Shown: positions 38,293-48,272 of the stretch, in pieces | How the letters are laid out: each line of letters opens with the position of its first letter | How positions within the stretch are numbered: position 1 is the first letter of the stretch | DNA from: Phycisphaerae bacterium | GTDB taxonomy: Bacteria; Planctomycetota; Phycisphaerae; Sedimentisphaerales; SM23-30 | NCBI GenBank assembly: GCA_016342495.1 | Contig: JAEIOG010000002.1 | Location: 9,320 to 73,319 of the forward strand | Direction of reading: 5' to 3' | DNA: 64,000 bases | The notes under the pieces: model-generated | The model's database searches: none | Told to the model about the DNA's origin: nothing | The model's input: the letters and a program-made list of their open reading frames with translations, nothing else | Translations under genes and position numbers: made by a program

Positions 38293-38667
38293 ATGCCAAA
38301 CACATTTGGACAGACCGGAAAGACAGCTATAGTATTAGCGATGTTGATATGCTCAACTTTTGCGATAATATCGCTTACGAGCCCGACAACCGCTCAAGGT
38401 CAAGCTGAAATTCAAAATAGCAATAATGCCATCATTTCATATCCGTTTCTAACCCGAACCGGAGATGAAGCAATAGCATTAATAGATACCGAAAACAAAA
38501 CCATGTGTATCTATAAATATGAGTCAGGCAACTCAGGCAGTTACCAGCTAAAGCTAGTTGCTGCCCGAAGCTATCGCTATGATTCCCTCCTGAAAGACTA
38601 TAATACTGCAGAGCCCAGACCTGAAGAAGTCAAAAAACTGTTATTTAATGACTCCCGGAAAGACTAA
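38293..38667 (+). CDS. Hypothetical exported protein
   Basis: Signal-like N-terminus; LIDT....MC.Y.Y...LKLVAARS.RYD..L..YN...P.PE.V motif. Confidence 0.7.
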   Translation: MPNTFGQTGKTAIVLAMLICSTFAIISLTSPTTAQGQAEIQNSNNAIISYPFLTRTGDEAIALIDTENKTMCIYKYESGNSGSYQLKLVAARSYRYDSLLKDYNTAEPRPEEVKKLLFNDSRKD

Positions 38668-38821
38668 AAAGCACACTGAAAAACAGGTTTACTGCCAAAG
38701 TATAAGTTATCAGAATAAGCAGACAAAATAAAATATCTTGTCATAAAAGATTATTTGACAAGACCTTAAATAAATAATAATCGTTCGGAACAAAAAGCAA
38801 CGAACCGGAGGACCCACCGTA

Positions 38822-39913
38822 ATGGCTAAAATGTTTTACAATATCGAAGAAGCCATGAATAAACTAGGCTGCAGCGAAGATAAAGTCAGGCAACTGGCTC
38901 AAGATGGCACGCTGCGTGAGTTCAAAGATTGCGGCAAGTCAATTTTCAAAGTAGATGAAATTGATGAACTGGCAATTGGCATGGTTAGCGGCGATGCTGC
39001 TGGGGCCAGTCCCATAGTCGAACCTCCATCACTAGGCGACTCCAATATGGACATTTCTCTGGCTGATACTGCCGAAGACATATCTCTAAGTGGAAGCACT
39101 ACCGGGGAAATTGACCTTTTGTCAATGAGCACCGGCACCAGCATCGGGCTTTCATCAACATCAACTGGCGATGCAATATCGCTAGGGGCTGATGATTCAC
39201 TGGGTGAACTATCACTAGACGACACTACACCGGCAAATGATGACACTGTTGTAACCAGTTTTGGCACTAATGCCCTATCTGCCAGTAGTTTAGGTGATGA
39301 CGACTTTGCGATGGGCGACCTTGAAAGCGATGAACTGGGCGACCAGATTTCACTTGATAGCGGTTCCAGCGGCTCAGGTTTGCTTGATTTATCTCGTGAA
39401 GCTGATGAAACCAGTCTTGGGGCAGAACTATTAGAAGAAATTTACCCTGGTGCTGAGGATTTTGGAAATGCAGCCCCGGCAGCATCATTAGATATGCCCG
39501 AGAGAACTTCAACATCGACAGTTCTTGTAGATGATAATGCCGCTGGTGGAGCAGTTGAACCCATGTCAACGCCATCGATGCCGATGGCGGCAGCTAGAAA
39601 TATTCAAATGTACGATGAAGCAAGCGGAAAATTTGGCGTTATGCTACTGGCACCGCTTCTGATACTCATTTATATGGCTTGTGTAGCATTTTCATCAGCA
39701 ATGAATGTTAAATTGCCAATGGTTTCAGATACACTTAATCCCAAGATTGCCTATATTGCCGTTGGCGGATTGGTCTGGGTCATTATTTTCCTGATTATTT
39801 CTATGGCCGGTGGCGGTTCTGGTGGTGGTGCATCGACGGCTTCTGCCAAGGCAAAAAAAGCAAAACCTGCTAAAAAAGCCTCTACACCAAGAAAAGCAAA
39901 GAAAAAGAAATAA
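38822..39913 (+). CDS. HTH / acidic low-complexity / two-TM membrane protein
   Basis: MAKMFY..EEA..KLG.....V..L...G.LREF.D excisionase/MerR-like HTH; long D/S-rich linker with SGSGLLDLSREAD.TSLGAELL.EI; two TMs; Lys-rich tail; GGAGG RBS. Confidence 0.8.
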   Translation: MAKMFYNIEEAMNKLGCSEDKVRQLAQDGTLREFKDCGKSIFKVDEIDELAIGMVSGDAAGASPIVEPPSLGDSNMDISLADTAEDISLSGSTTGEIDLLSMSTGTSIGLSSTSTGDAISLGADDSLGELSLDDTTPANDDTVVTSFGTNALSASSLGDDDFAMGDLESDELGDQISLDSGSSGSGLLDLSREADETSLGAELLEEIYPGAEDFGNAAPAASLDMPERTSTSTVLVDDNAAGGAVEPMSTPSMPMAAARNIQMYDEASGKFGVMLLAPLLILIYMACVAFSSAMNVKLPMVSDTLNPKIAYIAVGGLVWVIIFLIISMAGGGSGGGASTASAKAKKAKPAKKASTPRKAKKKK

Positions 39914-39935
39914 TCTTAATATAGCAAACATGACC

Positions 39936-39972
39936 AAACTCCTTTTCTTTTATCGGGAAAAGGAGTTTTTTT
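39936..39972 (+). terminator. Intrinsic terminator
   Basis: AAACTCCTTTTC...GAAAAGGAGTTTTTTT. Confidence 0.8.
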
Positions 39973-40197
39973 AATTTAGAAGTCTACCAATCATTAAAAT
40001 TTTCACTGGAATATAAAGGACTTACAAAGGTTTTTTCACAAGAGTAATTAACAGGATTGACTAGACTGAAAATTTTGTTAATATCATATTGTTAAATAAT
40101 GTCTGAAAGCCTAAGTGTATACACCACAAGGATTATCGGACGATAATATTATAGTAAATACTTAGTAGCCGGCAGAGTCCGGGTTAGGAGCACGGGT

Positions 40198-40986
40198 ATG
40201 AAAGCCGTCAAGCTTATCAGCAAATTTGTGATTACAGGTTTGATCCTCATCAGTGTCAGTGGTTGTGTGCCAACGGCCAAATATAAAGAACTGCAACGCG
40301 AGAACCAGACAGCTAACCGGGCTCGTGAAGAAGCCATGGAGCAAAAGCAAAATCTCGAACTGCAGCTGCAGCTCTGGCAAAGTAAATTCAATCAAATTGA
40401 CAATTTGCGCAAAGTTGACCAAGACCGAGTGATTACTCTCAAAGAAGCTATCAGTCAACAAGATGCAATTATCAAAAGATTATCTGAACAGATTGGCGAA
40501 TCATTTTTGCCACCAGAGCTCAATAGTGCATTGCAGGAATGGGCGATAAGCACAGGCAGCGATCTGGTAACTTTCGATGAAAAAACCGGCGTGGTAAAAT
40601 TCAAAAGCGACCTGACTTTCGCACCCGGCAGTGACACTGTTTCAGACAATGCCCGTGCAGCTTTAGAAAAGTTCAGTCAGATCATGTCTGAAGATACCGC
40701 AGGGACATTTGATATTATTGTTGCTGGTCATACCGATGACATCCCAATTAAAAAACCTGAGACAAGAGCCAAGCACCCAACCAACTGGCATTTATCGGCT
40801 CACCGGGCAATATCAGTTGAAAACATACTTTCAACTTCTGGCATAGCTGAAACCCGTTTGTCTGTCGCAGGCTTTGGTGAGTTCAGACCCGCCGAACCAA
40901 ATGCACCCGGTAAAAAAGGCAATGAGAAAAACCGTCGGGTAGAAATTTACATAGTACCTTCCGGCAATGTCAAAGTTGCAAAATAA
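40198..40986 (+). CDS. OmpA/MotB-family lipoprotein with coiled coil
   Basis: Lipobox VSGC, coiled coil, F.PGS, V.GHTDD.PI, NWHLSAHRA.SV, GFGEFRP..PN, NRRVEI. Confidence 0.9.
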   Translation: MKAVKLISKFVITGLILISVSGCVPTAKYKELQRENQTANRAREEAMEQKQNLELQLQLWQSKFNQIDNLRKVDQDRVITLKEAISQQDAIIKRLSEQIGESFLPPELNSALQEWAISTGSDLVTFDEKTGVVKFKSDLTFAPGSDTVSDNARAALEKFSQIMSEDTAGTFDIIVAGHTDDIPIKKPETRAKHPTNWHLSAHRAISVENILSTSGIAETRLSVAGFGEFRPAEPNAPGKKGNEKNRRVEIYIVPSGNVKVAK

Positions 40987-41009
40987 GATTATTCAAAAAT
41001 ACTGATTAT

Positions 41010-41040
41010 AAGGCAGGGCTATGCGGTCCTGTCTTTTTTT
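41010..41040 (+). terminator. Probable intrinsic terminator
   Basis: AAGGCAGGGCT-ATGC-GGTCCTGTCTTTTTTT hairpin with G-U pairs. Confidence 0.6.
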
Positions 41041-41055
41041 ATGGAAGGTTTTTTT

Positions 41056-41505
41056 ATGCGAGTTGTTATTCAGCGGGTAAGCAATGCTACAGTTCGGGTC
41101 GAGGGTAAAGCTGTTGGGCAAATCTCAAAGGGTCTGCTTGTGTATCTGGGGGTTGAAAATGGTGATACTGAGGATGACATGAAATTTATTGCCGACAAAA
41201 TCGTGAACTTAAGGGTTTTCAGTGATGACCAGGGCAAGATGAACCTATCGACCCTTAATGTGAGCAGTGAAGTTTTAATTGTCAGCCAGTTTACATTGCT
41301 AGGGGATTGCCGTAAAGGCAGAAGGCCCGGATTTGACTTATCAGCAGAACCAAAAGTTGCGGAAATACTTTATGAAAAAACCATTGAGGCAGTAAAAGCC
41401 TATGGGGTCAAGGTGCAAACCGGAATGTTCCGGGCTCACATGTATATCGAAAGCGTCAATGACGGGCCGGTAACATTTTTACTGGACAGCAAAAAGTTGT
41501 TTTAA
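41056..41505 (+). CDS. dtd: D-aminoacyl-tRNA deacylase
   Basis: MRVVIQRV, LRVF.D..GKMN, VSQFTL, KGRRP.F, NDGPVT. Confidence 0.97.
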   Translation: MRVVIQRVSNATVRVEGKAVGQISKGLLVYLGVENGDTEDDMKFIADKIVNLRVFSDDQGKMNLSTLNVSSEVLIVSQFTLLGDCRKGRRPGFDLSAEPKVAEILYEKTIEAVKAYGVKVQTGMFRAHMYIESVNDGPVTFLLDSKKLF

Positions 41506-41510
41506 ATATA

Positions 41511-42701
41511 TCAATTTATATTTCTGGTTTTGGCCCAGGTAACATGTTGGCGTTTCATTACGAATCGCATAAAGCCAATTAGTATCGCAAAATTCATTGA
41601 GATAAAGTATTTTGGTATTGCCAGTAATTTCAGAACCCCGGTAAGTTTAGGCGTCACTGTGCTAATTAAGCCGCTGCCATAGAATATGGTTTGTAATATC
41701 ATTGTTGAGCCATAAAATGCTTTGCCGACCAGCAGAATATTAGCCATCAGCATCCCAATCAAAAAGAATGGCACCATCCACCTCAAAAGTTTATGGCTAT
41801 AAAAAGCAAAGCTGACCCGTCCACATCGGGGGTTTAGGATTTGCGGCACTAAGAACAATGATTGGAAATTACCCGCACTAATTCTGATTCGCCTACGTAG
41901 TTCGCCCTTCCAGTCTGCAACATCTTCATGAGCCCTGGCATCATCGGCAAAAACACAGCGATAGCCCTGTGTCATTATTTTCATGCCCAGCACCTGATCT
42001 TCAGTAACTGCATGTTCGGGTAAAACATTATAGAGTTCACGACGAATAGCAAAAATGCCGCCATTAACGGTCGGGACGGCACCGAGGTCGCTTTCTAATT
42101 GTTTAATTTTATTTTCATAGCGCCAATACATGCCTTCAGGTTTACATGCGTCAGCGTCGGTAGTTTGGGCAGATAATTCCAGATGGCCAATGACACAGCC
42201 AACTTTTTCGTCATTGAATTTACTTACTAGTTTTCTTATTGAATCACTGGCATACATGGTATTTGCATCAGAAAAAACCACCAGGTCGCTATGCACCAGT
42301 CCCATCAAAAGATTAAGCATTCTGACTTTGCCACGCCGTTGAGGAATCAGCACGACATGAAACCTTGTATCAGTTAACTTCTGCAGGATTTCATTGGTAC
42401 GATCATCACAACCGTCAGAGCCAATAATAAATTTTATCCGGTCTTCGGGATAATCAATTGCCATGCAGTTTAAGATTTTATCACTTATTACATCCTGCTC
42501 ATTATAAGCACTTATTACCATGGTGACTGCGGGCAGTTCCAAATCTGTTGAGATTAAACTGTCATCATTGCTGTTAAAAGTATTTCGGCTGAACCTGTTC
42601 ATTAGAATTAACAAAACCGGGTACAAAACATAAGTGTACATCGTTGCTAACAAACACATCCAAAATATAATTTGCAAAATTAATCTATAGTTATCATTCA
42701 T
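41511..42701 (-). CDS. GT2 family glycosyltransferase (PgaC/IcaA-like membrane type)
   Basis: ISAYNE, SDGCDD.T, FSDAN, YWRYE, NGGIFAIRR, TED, RR.RISAG, SHKLLRW. Confidence 0.92.
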   Translation of the reverse strand: MNDNYRLILQIIFWMCLLATMYTYVLYPVLLILMNRFSRNTFNSNDDSLISTDLELPAVTMVISAYNEQDVISDKILNCMAIDYPEDRIKFIIGSDGCDDRTNEILQKLTDTRFHVVLIPQRRGKVRMLNLLMGLVHSDLVVFSDANTMYASDSIRKLVSKFNDEKVGCVIGHLELSAQTTDADACKPEGMYWRYENKIKQLESDLGAVPTVNGGIFAIRRELYNVLPEHAVTEDQVLGMKIMTQGYRCVFADDARAHEDVADWKGELRRRIRISAGNFQSLFLVPQILNPRCGRVSFAFYSHKLLRWMVPFFLIGMLMANILLVGKAFYGSTMILQTIFYGSGLISTVTPKLTGVLKLLAIPKYFISMNFAILIGFMRFVMKRQHVTWAKTRNIN

Positions 42702-42749
42702 TTTTTTATTAACCCCCCAGTAAAAAATTCAGCAGGATGAAATCTGTAA

Positions 42750-43658
42750 TTACAAAGGTTTGCGGCAATAGATTTCGAGATTGCCCGGGTGTTTGCCACT
42801 AATTTTTTCATAGCTGGCCATCACATAATTGCTGACAGACTTAATTCTGTTAATTAAGCTGCTGTTGGCATTGGTTTCATTGGAAGTTGATTTAACTTTG
42901 ACAACTTCCAGGCCGGCCTTATTAGCAATTGTTGTAAAAGTATCTTCATTAAAAAAGTAAAGATGCATGGTCGGGCCAAACGAAGGACGTTTGCTATGCA
43001 AAAGTCTTTGCAAGACAATACCTTTGATTTTTTGCCAGGTTGCCGAAGGGAAACGCAGAGCGACGATGCCGCCTGGTTTGAGCCATTTATTAACCTGCTC
43101 CAGCACCGCGCGGGGGTCACTGACATGTTCGATAACATCCCAAAGGGTAATGGCGTCAAAGCTTTCATGGGGCAACTGAACATTTTTCATATCATCGCAA
43201 ATCACCGGCATATTCATAATATTCCGGGCATAATGCGCGGAAGTTTCAGCCGGTTCGATACCAGTTACATCAAAACCATTATTCTGGGCCAATTGCATGA
43301 AATGGCCACTGCCACAACCGATATCCAGAAGTTTATTTTCATTAGAAGGATTTTTATTTAAGAAGTTTTTAATTTCTGTGATAGCTGGTTTAAAGACTAC
43401 CATTTTGGCCTGACCATGGGCCTGGAATTGTTCATCGCTGGAATTATCATAAAGATATGTAGCATTATGTTCGCTTAGACGAGGGTTGGTATAAACCAGC
43501 TGGCAATGCCTGCATCGGACTATTTGAAAATCCAGCTCCTGGCCAAAATGTTCGACAGTTTCTTTATGATAGACAGCAGTATCATCACGGCCACAAATAT
43601 TACAGCATATGTATTCCCATTGCAGCGATACTTTTTTTTGTTCTAATGTAGATTCCAT
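42750..43658 (-). CDS. Class I SAM-dependent methyltransferase with N-terminal zinc motif
   Basis: CNICG...C.HC.LVY.NPR, LLDIGCGSG, FDAITLWDVIEHV.DP, LKPGG, HLYFF. Confidence 0.92.
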   Translation of the reverse strand: MESTLEQKKVSLQWEYICCNICGRDDTAVYHKETVEHFGQELDFQIVRCRHCQLVYTNPRLSEHNATYLYDNSSDEQFQAHGQAKMVVFKPAITEIKNFLNKNPSNENKLLDIGCGSGHFMQLAQNNGFDVTGIEPAETSAHYARNIMNMPVICDDMKNVQLPHESFDAITLWDVIEHVSDPRAVLEQVNKWLKPGGIVALRFPSATWQKIKGIVLQRLLHSKRPSFGPTMHLYFFNEDTFTTIANKAGLEVVKVKSTSNETNANSSLINRIKSVSNYVMASYEKISGKHPGNLEIYCRKPL

Positions 43659-43679
43659 ATTCTTACCAAACTGACGTTT

Positions 43680-45143
43680 TTATTTTTTAACCAGGTGTCT
43701 TGCCACTTTACAAAAGCCTTTGATATTTCTTTTAGCTTCATGCGGATTAGATATAGATTGAATAAATTTTTTCACTATGTATTTTCGTCTCAGATAAAAT
43801 GATCTTCTTGCATGGTCGCAAAACCCTACCACATCGCAGCCTTTAAGCCCAGGCAGGTCCACGACGCTATTGTGCATACCCTGGGGGGTAAGCCATTTAT
43901 TAAAATTTGTGGTATTCAAATATTTATTTTCTTCTGCCCAGCTATACATCTGGGTTCCCGGATAAACAATCACCGGGAAAAACTGAGCAGTGTCAGGGTC
44001 CAGTTCGATAGCCATATCTAATGTTTTTTGCATTAGCTCTGGAGTTTCACCCGGGTTGCCAAATACAAAGCAGCCATGCACCAGCAATTTGGCTTTGCGT
44101 GCGTTGGCCATAAATTCCCGTCCCTGCTGAACCGTTGCGCGTTTATTAATATTTTTAAGGATTTCTTCATCGCCGCTTTCAAAGCCAGCGACCAGTAAAC
44201 GGCAACCAGCCTTTTTCAATAGCTGCATGGTTTCAAAATCAAGATCGACGCGGGTATCACACCAGAAATCAATTTGATTGCCTTGCTCGATCAGAAGTTC
44301 GCAAGTTTTGCGGAGACGTTTAAGGTCACCGGTAAAGAGATCATCTTCAATGCCGATTTCCCGGACATCGGGTAGCTCTTTAGCAATATAAGCGAATTCC
44401 GCGGCGATATTTTCCGGAGAACGCATGCGATATTTACCGCGATGCATAACCTGTGGATACAAACACCACTTGCATCGATTAGTACAGCCACGTGAAGTGA
44501 TGATCATAATCATCGGAAACTGGGCGGCAGAAAATACATAATCGCGAACATTTAGAAACTTTTTATAGACGCTGCTGACAAATGGCAGGCTGTCCAAATC
44601 GCTGATGAGCTCACGGTCTGGGTTATTGATAATCTGGTCGCCGGATCGATATGAAATACCATCGACATTTTCAATACTTTTGCCATTCAGAACCGCCTGA
44701 CAGATTTCCATTGAGGTAATATCATATTCACCCCTTGCAACAGCATCAATACGCTGATCGGCATTTAGTACATCACAAGCCATCGCGGTAGCATGAGTGC
44801 CAACCATAATAACTTTGCAATCTTGAAATGCTTCTTTGATCGCACCGGCAGTAATAATATCTTCGTATATACTGGGTGTTGATGTATCACAGAAAACTAT
44901 ATCAGGAGGACTTGCCTGTAGATACTGAACGGTTTCTCTAGCATTGAATTTTCGAGCCGCGGCATCCAGCAATTCGATATTAATTTTTTCAGTATCGCTA
45001 TGCAATCTCTGCTGAGCGACGCCAGCGGCATAAGCAAGCCAGATCGGGTAATAGATAGTCCCGCTTTTGGTCACGGCGGGCGATCTGCTCGAACGTGAAA
45101 ATGCTTTTTTATTAAATGGGCCGTTAAGATATATGATATTCAT
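43680..45143 (-). CDS. B12-binding-domain radical SAM protein (HpnJ-like)
   Basis: YPIWLAYAA, TSTPS, GTH, RGE, TSRGCTNRCKWC (CxxxCxxC), EDDLF, GFESG, G.PGET, YPGT. Confidence 0.9.
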   Translation of the reverse strand: MNIIYLNGPFNKKAFSRSSRSPAVTKSGTIYYPIWLAYAAGVAQQRLHSDTEKINIELLDAAARKFNARETVQYLQASPPDIVFCDTSTPSIYEDIITAGAIKEAFQDCKVIMVGTHATAMACDVLNADQRIDAVARGEYDITSMEICQAVLNGKSIENVDGISYRSGDQIINNPDRELISDLDSLPFVSSVYKKFLNVRDYVFSAAQFPMIMIITSRGCTNRCKWCLYPQVMHRGKYRMRSPENIAAEFAYIAKELPDVREIGIEDDLFTGDLKRLRKTCELLIEQGNQIDFWCDTRVDLDFETMQLLKKAGCRLLVAGFESGDEEILKNINKRATVQQGREFMANARKAKLLVHGCFVFGNPGETPELMQKTLDMAIELDPDTAQFFPVIVYPGTQMYSWAEENKYLNTTNFNKWLTPQGMHNSVVDLPGLKGCDVVGFCDHARRSFYLRRKYIVKKFIQSISNPHEAKRNIKGFCKVARHLVKK

Positions 45144-45154
45144 TGGTGCACTTT

Positions 45155-46588
45155 TTATTTATTAGTTTGAATAGAGTTAACAGGAATAAAAACCATTGAT
45201 GGATTTGGATATGTCCATAAATCACGGGCAGGAGCTTTATCCGGCTCGACGGCATAAGCACGACAGCCGGCAACTAACATACCAGTCATAAACCAGAAAT
45301 TAAGCGACCCGCCCGGCAGCATATAAGTATTATTAGCGATCCAGATAAACAATTGACAAATAGTTCCAATTAAGGCCCCGACAATAACTGCAACAACCAG
45401 AGGATCTTGAATAAGTTTTAATTGCCGTCGAATATGGCGAACTAATGCCACAAGAATTAAAATGAACCCGACTACCCCGGGCAAACCGAGACGACAGAAA
45501 AGATTCAGCCAGAAGGAATTATAACCATTCCAGATACTGGTGGCTGGTATGATTTTTAAACTCCAGCCTAATTCCTGGACATCTACTAATAACATTCGTC
45601 CCAGTCCACAACCAAGTGGGCTGGTTTCCAGCATTTGCCATGCCATACTGGGGAAATTAATTCGATGGTCTCCATGTAAAGCGTGAGTGCCAAACCTGGA
45701 TTCAATATATCCATTTATCATTCCCCCACTAAACATAACTATAAATACGATAATCGCTGGTGCTGTAAATAATGTCCAGCGACTACGCCATAGAAAAATC
45801 AAAAATGTCATTAATACCAGGCAAAGCAAACCGGCCCTTGAACCAGTAAAGACCAGACAGGTGACATTCAAAGCCACCACAATAACAGCGATCACCCTGT
45901 TCCTGGGCGAAATATTTTTGCCAATAAACATCGCCAAGCCAATACCGATAAATACCAGTAATTGACAAGCTAATACATTTGGGTCACCATAACTGCTAAG
46001 AACACGTCGCATCGATTGAGAAGACACAATATATGAACTAGCGTTTTGTGTAGCAGAGTTATAAGTAAGTTTGTCAATTAAAATACTGCTGCCGATGAAT
46101 TTCTGCGCGATGCCATAAATGCTGACTAAAATTGAAATTGTTAACAGCAGCCAGACAAATGACATGAAAAAATGCTTTTTAGCAAAGGCTTCACTAACAT
46201 AGAAAAATATCCCTATGGAGTAAAGATACAGGAATAGTTCAATAAAAGCAATTTTGTAATGACTGCCATAACTAAGGCCAACAAATAGTCCAATACCAGC
46301 TATTGCGGCATAAACCAGAAAAAACTTGCCATAACTTTTGTGGACTTTCTGGCGGTGATGGCATATTAATAGCCATTCCATAATCAAAACCGCAGCTAAA
46401 ATATGTGCCAGTGGCAAAGGCAAACCCACTGCCGGTACAAATATACCTGCCCGGGGAAGGCCAAACAACAATAAGGTCATTATCAGTAGCCAGATTTCCG
46501 GGCTGCTTCTTGGTCTCAATGCGATAACACTGCTAATGGCTACCAAGCCAAGCAGTATCAATATTATTGGATCTGTGAAAAAAAACAT
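45155..46588 (-). CDS. O-antigen ligase / Wzy-like membrane protein
   Basis: Multiple TMs, YGI.Q, RV.SSYGDPN.LA, FTGSRAG, PLGCGLG, YNSFW......G..G. Confidence 0.8.
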   Translation of the reverse strand: MFFFTDPIILILLGLVAISSVIALRPRSSPEIWLLIMTLLLFGLPRAGIFVPAVGLPLPLAHILAAVLIMEWLLICHHRQKVHKSYGKFFLVYAAIAGIGLFVGLSYGSHYKIAFIELFLYLYSIGIFFYVSEAFAKKHFFMSFVWLLLTISILVSIYGIAQKFIGSSILIDKLTYNSATQNASSYIVSSQSMRRVLSSYGDPNVLACQLLVFIGIGLAMFIGKNISPRNRVIAVIVVALNVTCLVFTGSRAGLLCLVLMTFLIFLWRSRWTLFTAPAIIVFIVMFSGGMINGYIESRFGTHALHGDHRINFPSMAWQMLETSPLGCGLGRMLLVDVQELGWSLKIIPATSIWNGYNSFWLNLFCRLGLPGVVGFILILVALVRHIRRQLKLIQDPLVVAVIVGALIGTICQLFIWIANNTYMLPGGSLNFWFMTGMLVAGCRAYAVEPDKAPARDLWTYPNPSMVFIPVNSIQTNK

Positions 46589-46847
46589 AATAAATCCTGT
46601 AATAGTTTCATTAAAACATAAACAAATTCAGCCGAAACATCCCAAAGTTAAGTTCATCTGGTAATGTCTCATTGTCTAATTTATCGGTTTTATTGGCATT
46701 TAGGTTAATATTAAATAGCAAAGCTTTACCGATTAAAACAATTATAGGATATGGCGGGGATGTGAGGGGTAATTATCGGACTAATGCTATTTTAGATATT
46801 TGTATAAAACAGGGATGGGTACAGAATTGAATTCCGCAGAAAAACGG

Positions 46848-48032
46848 CTAATCAGGCAATTTAGAGCTGTATTGTGGTTTCAATTTGATGGCAATTTTTA
46901 TATCATCAAACTTGCCATTAAGTTCTTTGTACAGATTTTCTATGATAAACCGACTTTTTGACTTTGATAAATGGGGCTGGACAATTAATGAAAAAATTGC
47001 CTTACTATTCTCGTCATGTCCGATAATACGCATGTCCTGAAAACCTTCGATATAATCATAGTTCTTAATTGCCTCTGCAATTGTATCGTATAGCTTTTGA
47101 TATTGAGGATGCTCGGTATTAATCGGATCAATGTGCACAACAACGTGCTGGCAGAGTTGTCGGGCCAATTCTCTTTCAACGTTTTCAGCTATGTCATGGA
47201 GGTCCATCGCCGATAGCTGAGACTGAACTTCAATATGCAATGAAATCATTCGAGTTTGTCCATATTGATGCACTATGACATCATGAACAGCCTGAACACC
47301 TGGCACTCCATTAGCAATTTTGTCAATTTCTTCGATAACCTGCATTGATGGGCGCTGTCCCAGCAAAGGATGAATCGCCTGCTTGGCCAGCTTGTAGCCA
47401 CACTGAACAACAATCCCAGCGACAACTAGCCCGGCGACGCCATCGACCCAGCCATAACCTTTATTGCTGCACCATATCGCAATAACAACAAAAACCGTGG
47501 AAATCGCATCAGAACGATGATGCCACCCGTCAGCTTTTAAGGCCTGAGAATCCATTGCATTCCCTAATTCTATAGCAAAACGACCCATTAACTCTTTTGC
47601 AATAATAGTTCCGATCATAATTACTAAAACCAAAAAGCTGACATGAGCGGTTGCCACTGGGTGGATAATTCGCATTGTCGAACTTTTAAATAATTCAATA
47701 CCTGCGACAATAAGGGTTATAGCCACTATGAGCCCGGCAATATGTTCTGCCTGACCATGCCCAAAAGGATGCTCGCGATCCCCTGGTTTACACGAAGCCT
47801 TAAAACCAATTAAAACCACAATAGAACTACCGCAATCACTTAAGGTATGGATGGCGTCGGCTACCAACGAAACACTATTAAGGACCAGTCCGATAATAAG
47901 TTTGATAATAAATAATACCAGATTGATAAAAATGCTTAGCCATGCCTGCATATTGCCATAATGACGGCGAACTTCCAGAATGTGCATTTTATTTATGTCA
48001 CTGCCGATGATTTTCTTAACGATAGCTTTCAT
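46848..48032 (-). CDS. Cation diffusion facilitator family transporter
   Basis: SLVADAIHTLSD, D.EHPFGHG.AE, ALKADGWHHRSD, VHD..VH.YG, VHIDP. Confidence 0.93.
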   Translation of the reverse strand: MKAIVKKIIGSDINKMHILEVRRHYGNMQAWLSIFINLVLFIIKLIIGLVLNSVSLVADAIHTLSDCGSSIVVLIGFKASCKPGDREHPFGHGQAEHIAGLIVAITLIVAGIELFKSSTMRIIHPVATAHVSFLVLVIMIGTIIAKELMGRFAIELGNAMDSQALKADGWHHRSDAISTVFVVIAIWCSNKGYGWVDGVAGLVVAGIVVQCGYKLAKQAIHPLLGQRPSMQVIEEIDKIANGVPGVQAVHDVIVHQYGQTRMISLHIEVQSQLSAMDLHDIAENVERELARQLCQHVVVHIDPINTEHPQYQKLYDTIAEAIKNYDYIEGFQDMRIIGHDENSKAIFSLIVQPHLSKSKSRFIIENLYKELNGKFDDIKIAIKLKPQYSSKLPD

Positions 48033-48272
48033 ATAAACAATTATACCGCCAATATTATTGATTAGCAATAGTTTAACGCAACTGCCACCAACGACCGATA
48101 ACTGTTGACTTGTTGGCAATTATCACCTCATGATGCCAAATTTAACCAGAATTATGCCATATGTTGGGAAAAAACAACGCATATGTTTGACTTTGACCTC
48201 ATTGAATATTACCTATTATATAGAGTTTCAATAATTATTAGGAAATTTACGCAAGGAACCCATTAGCAATAT

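Noticed and set aside
40198-40986. Flagellar stator motB
   Set aside because: It has a lipobox instead of the MotB TM helix with the conserved Asp, and there is no motA upstream
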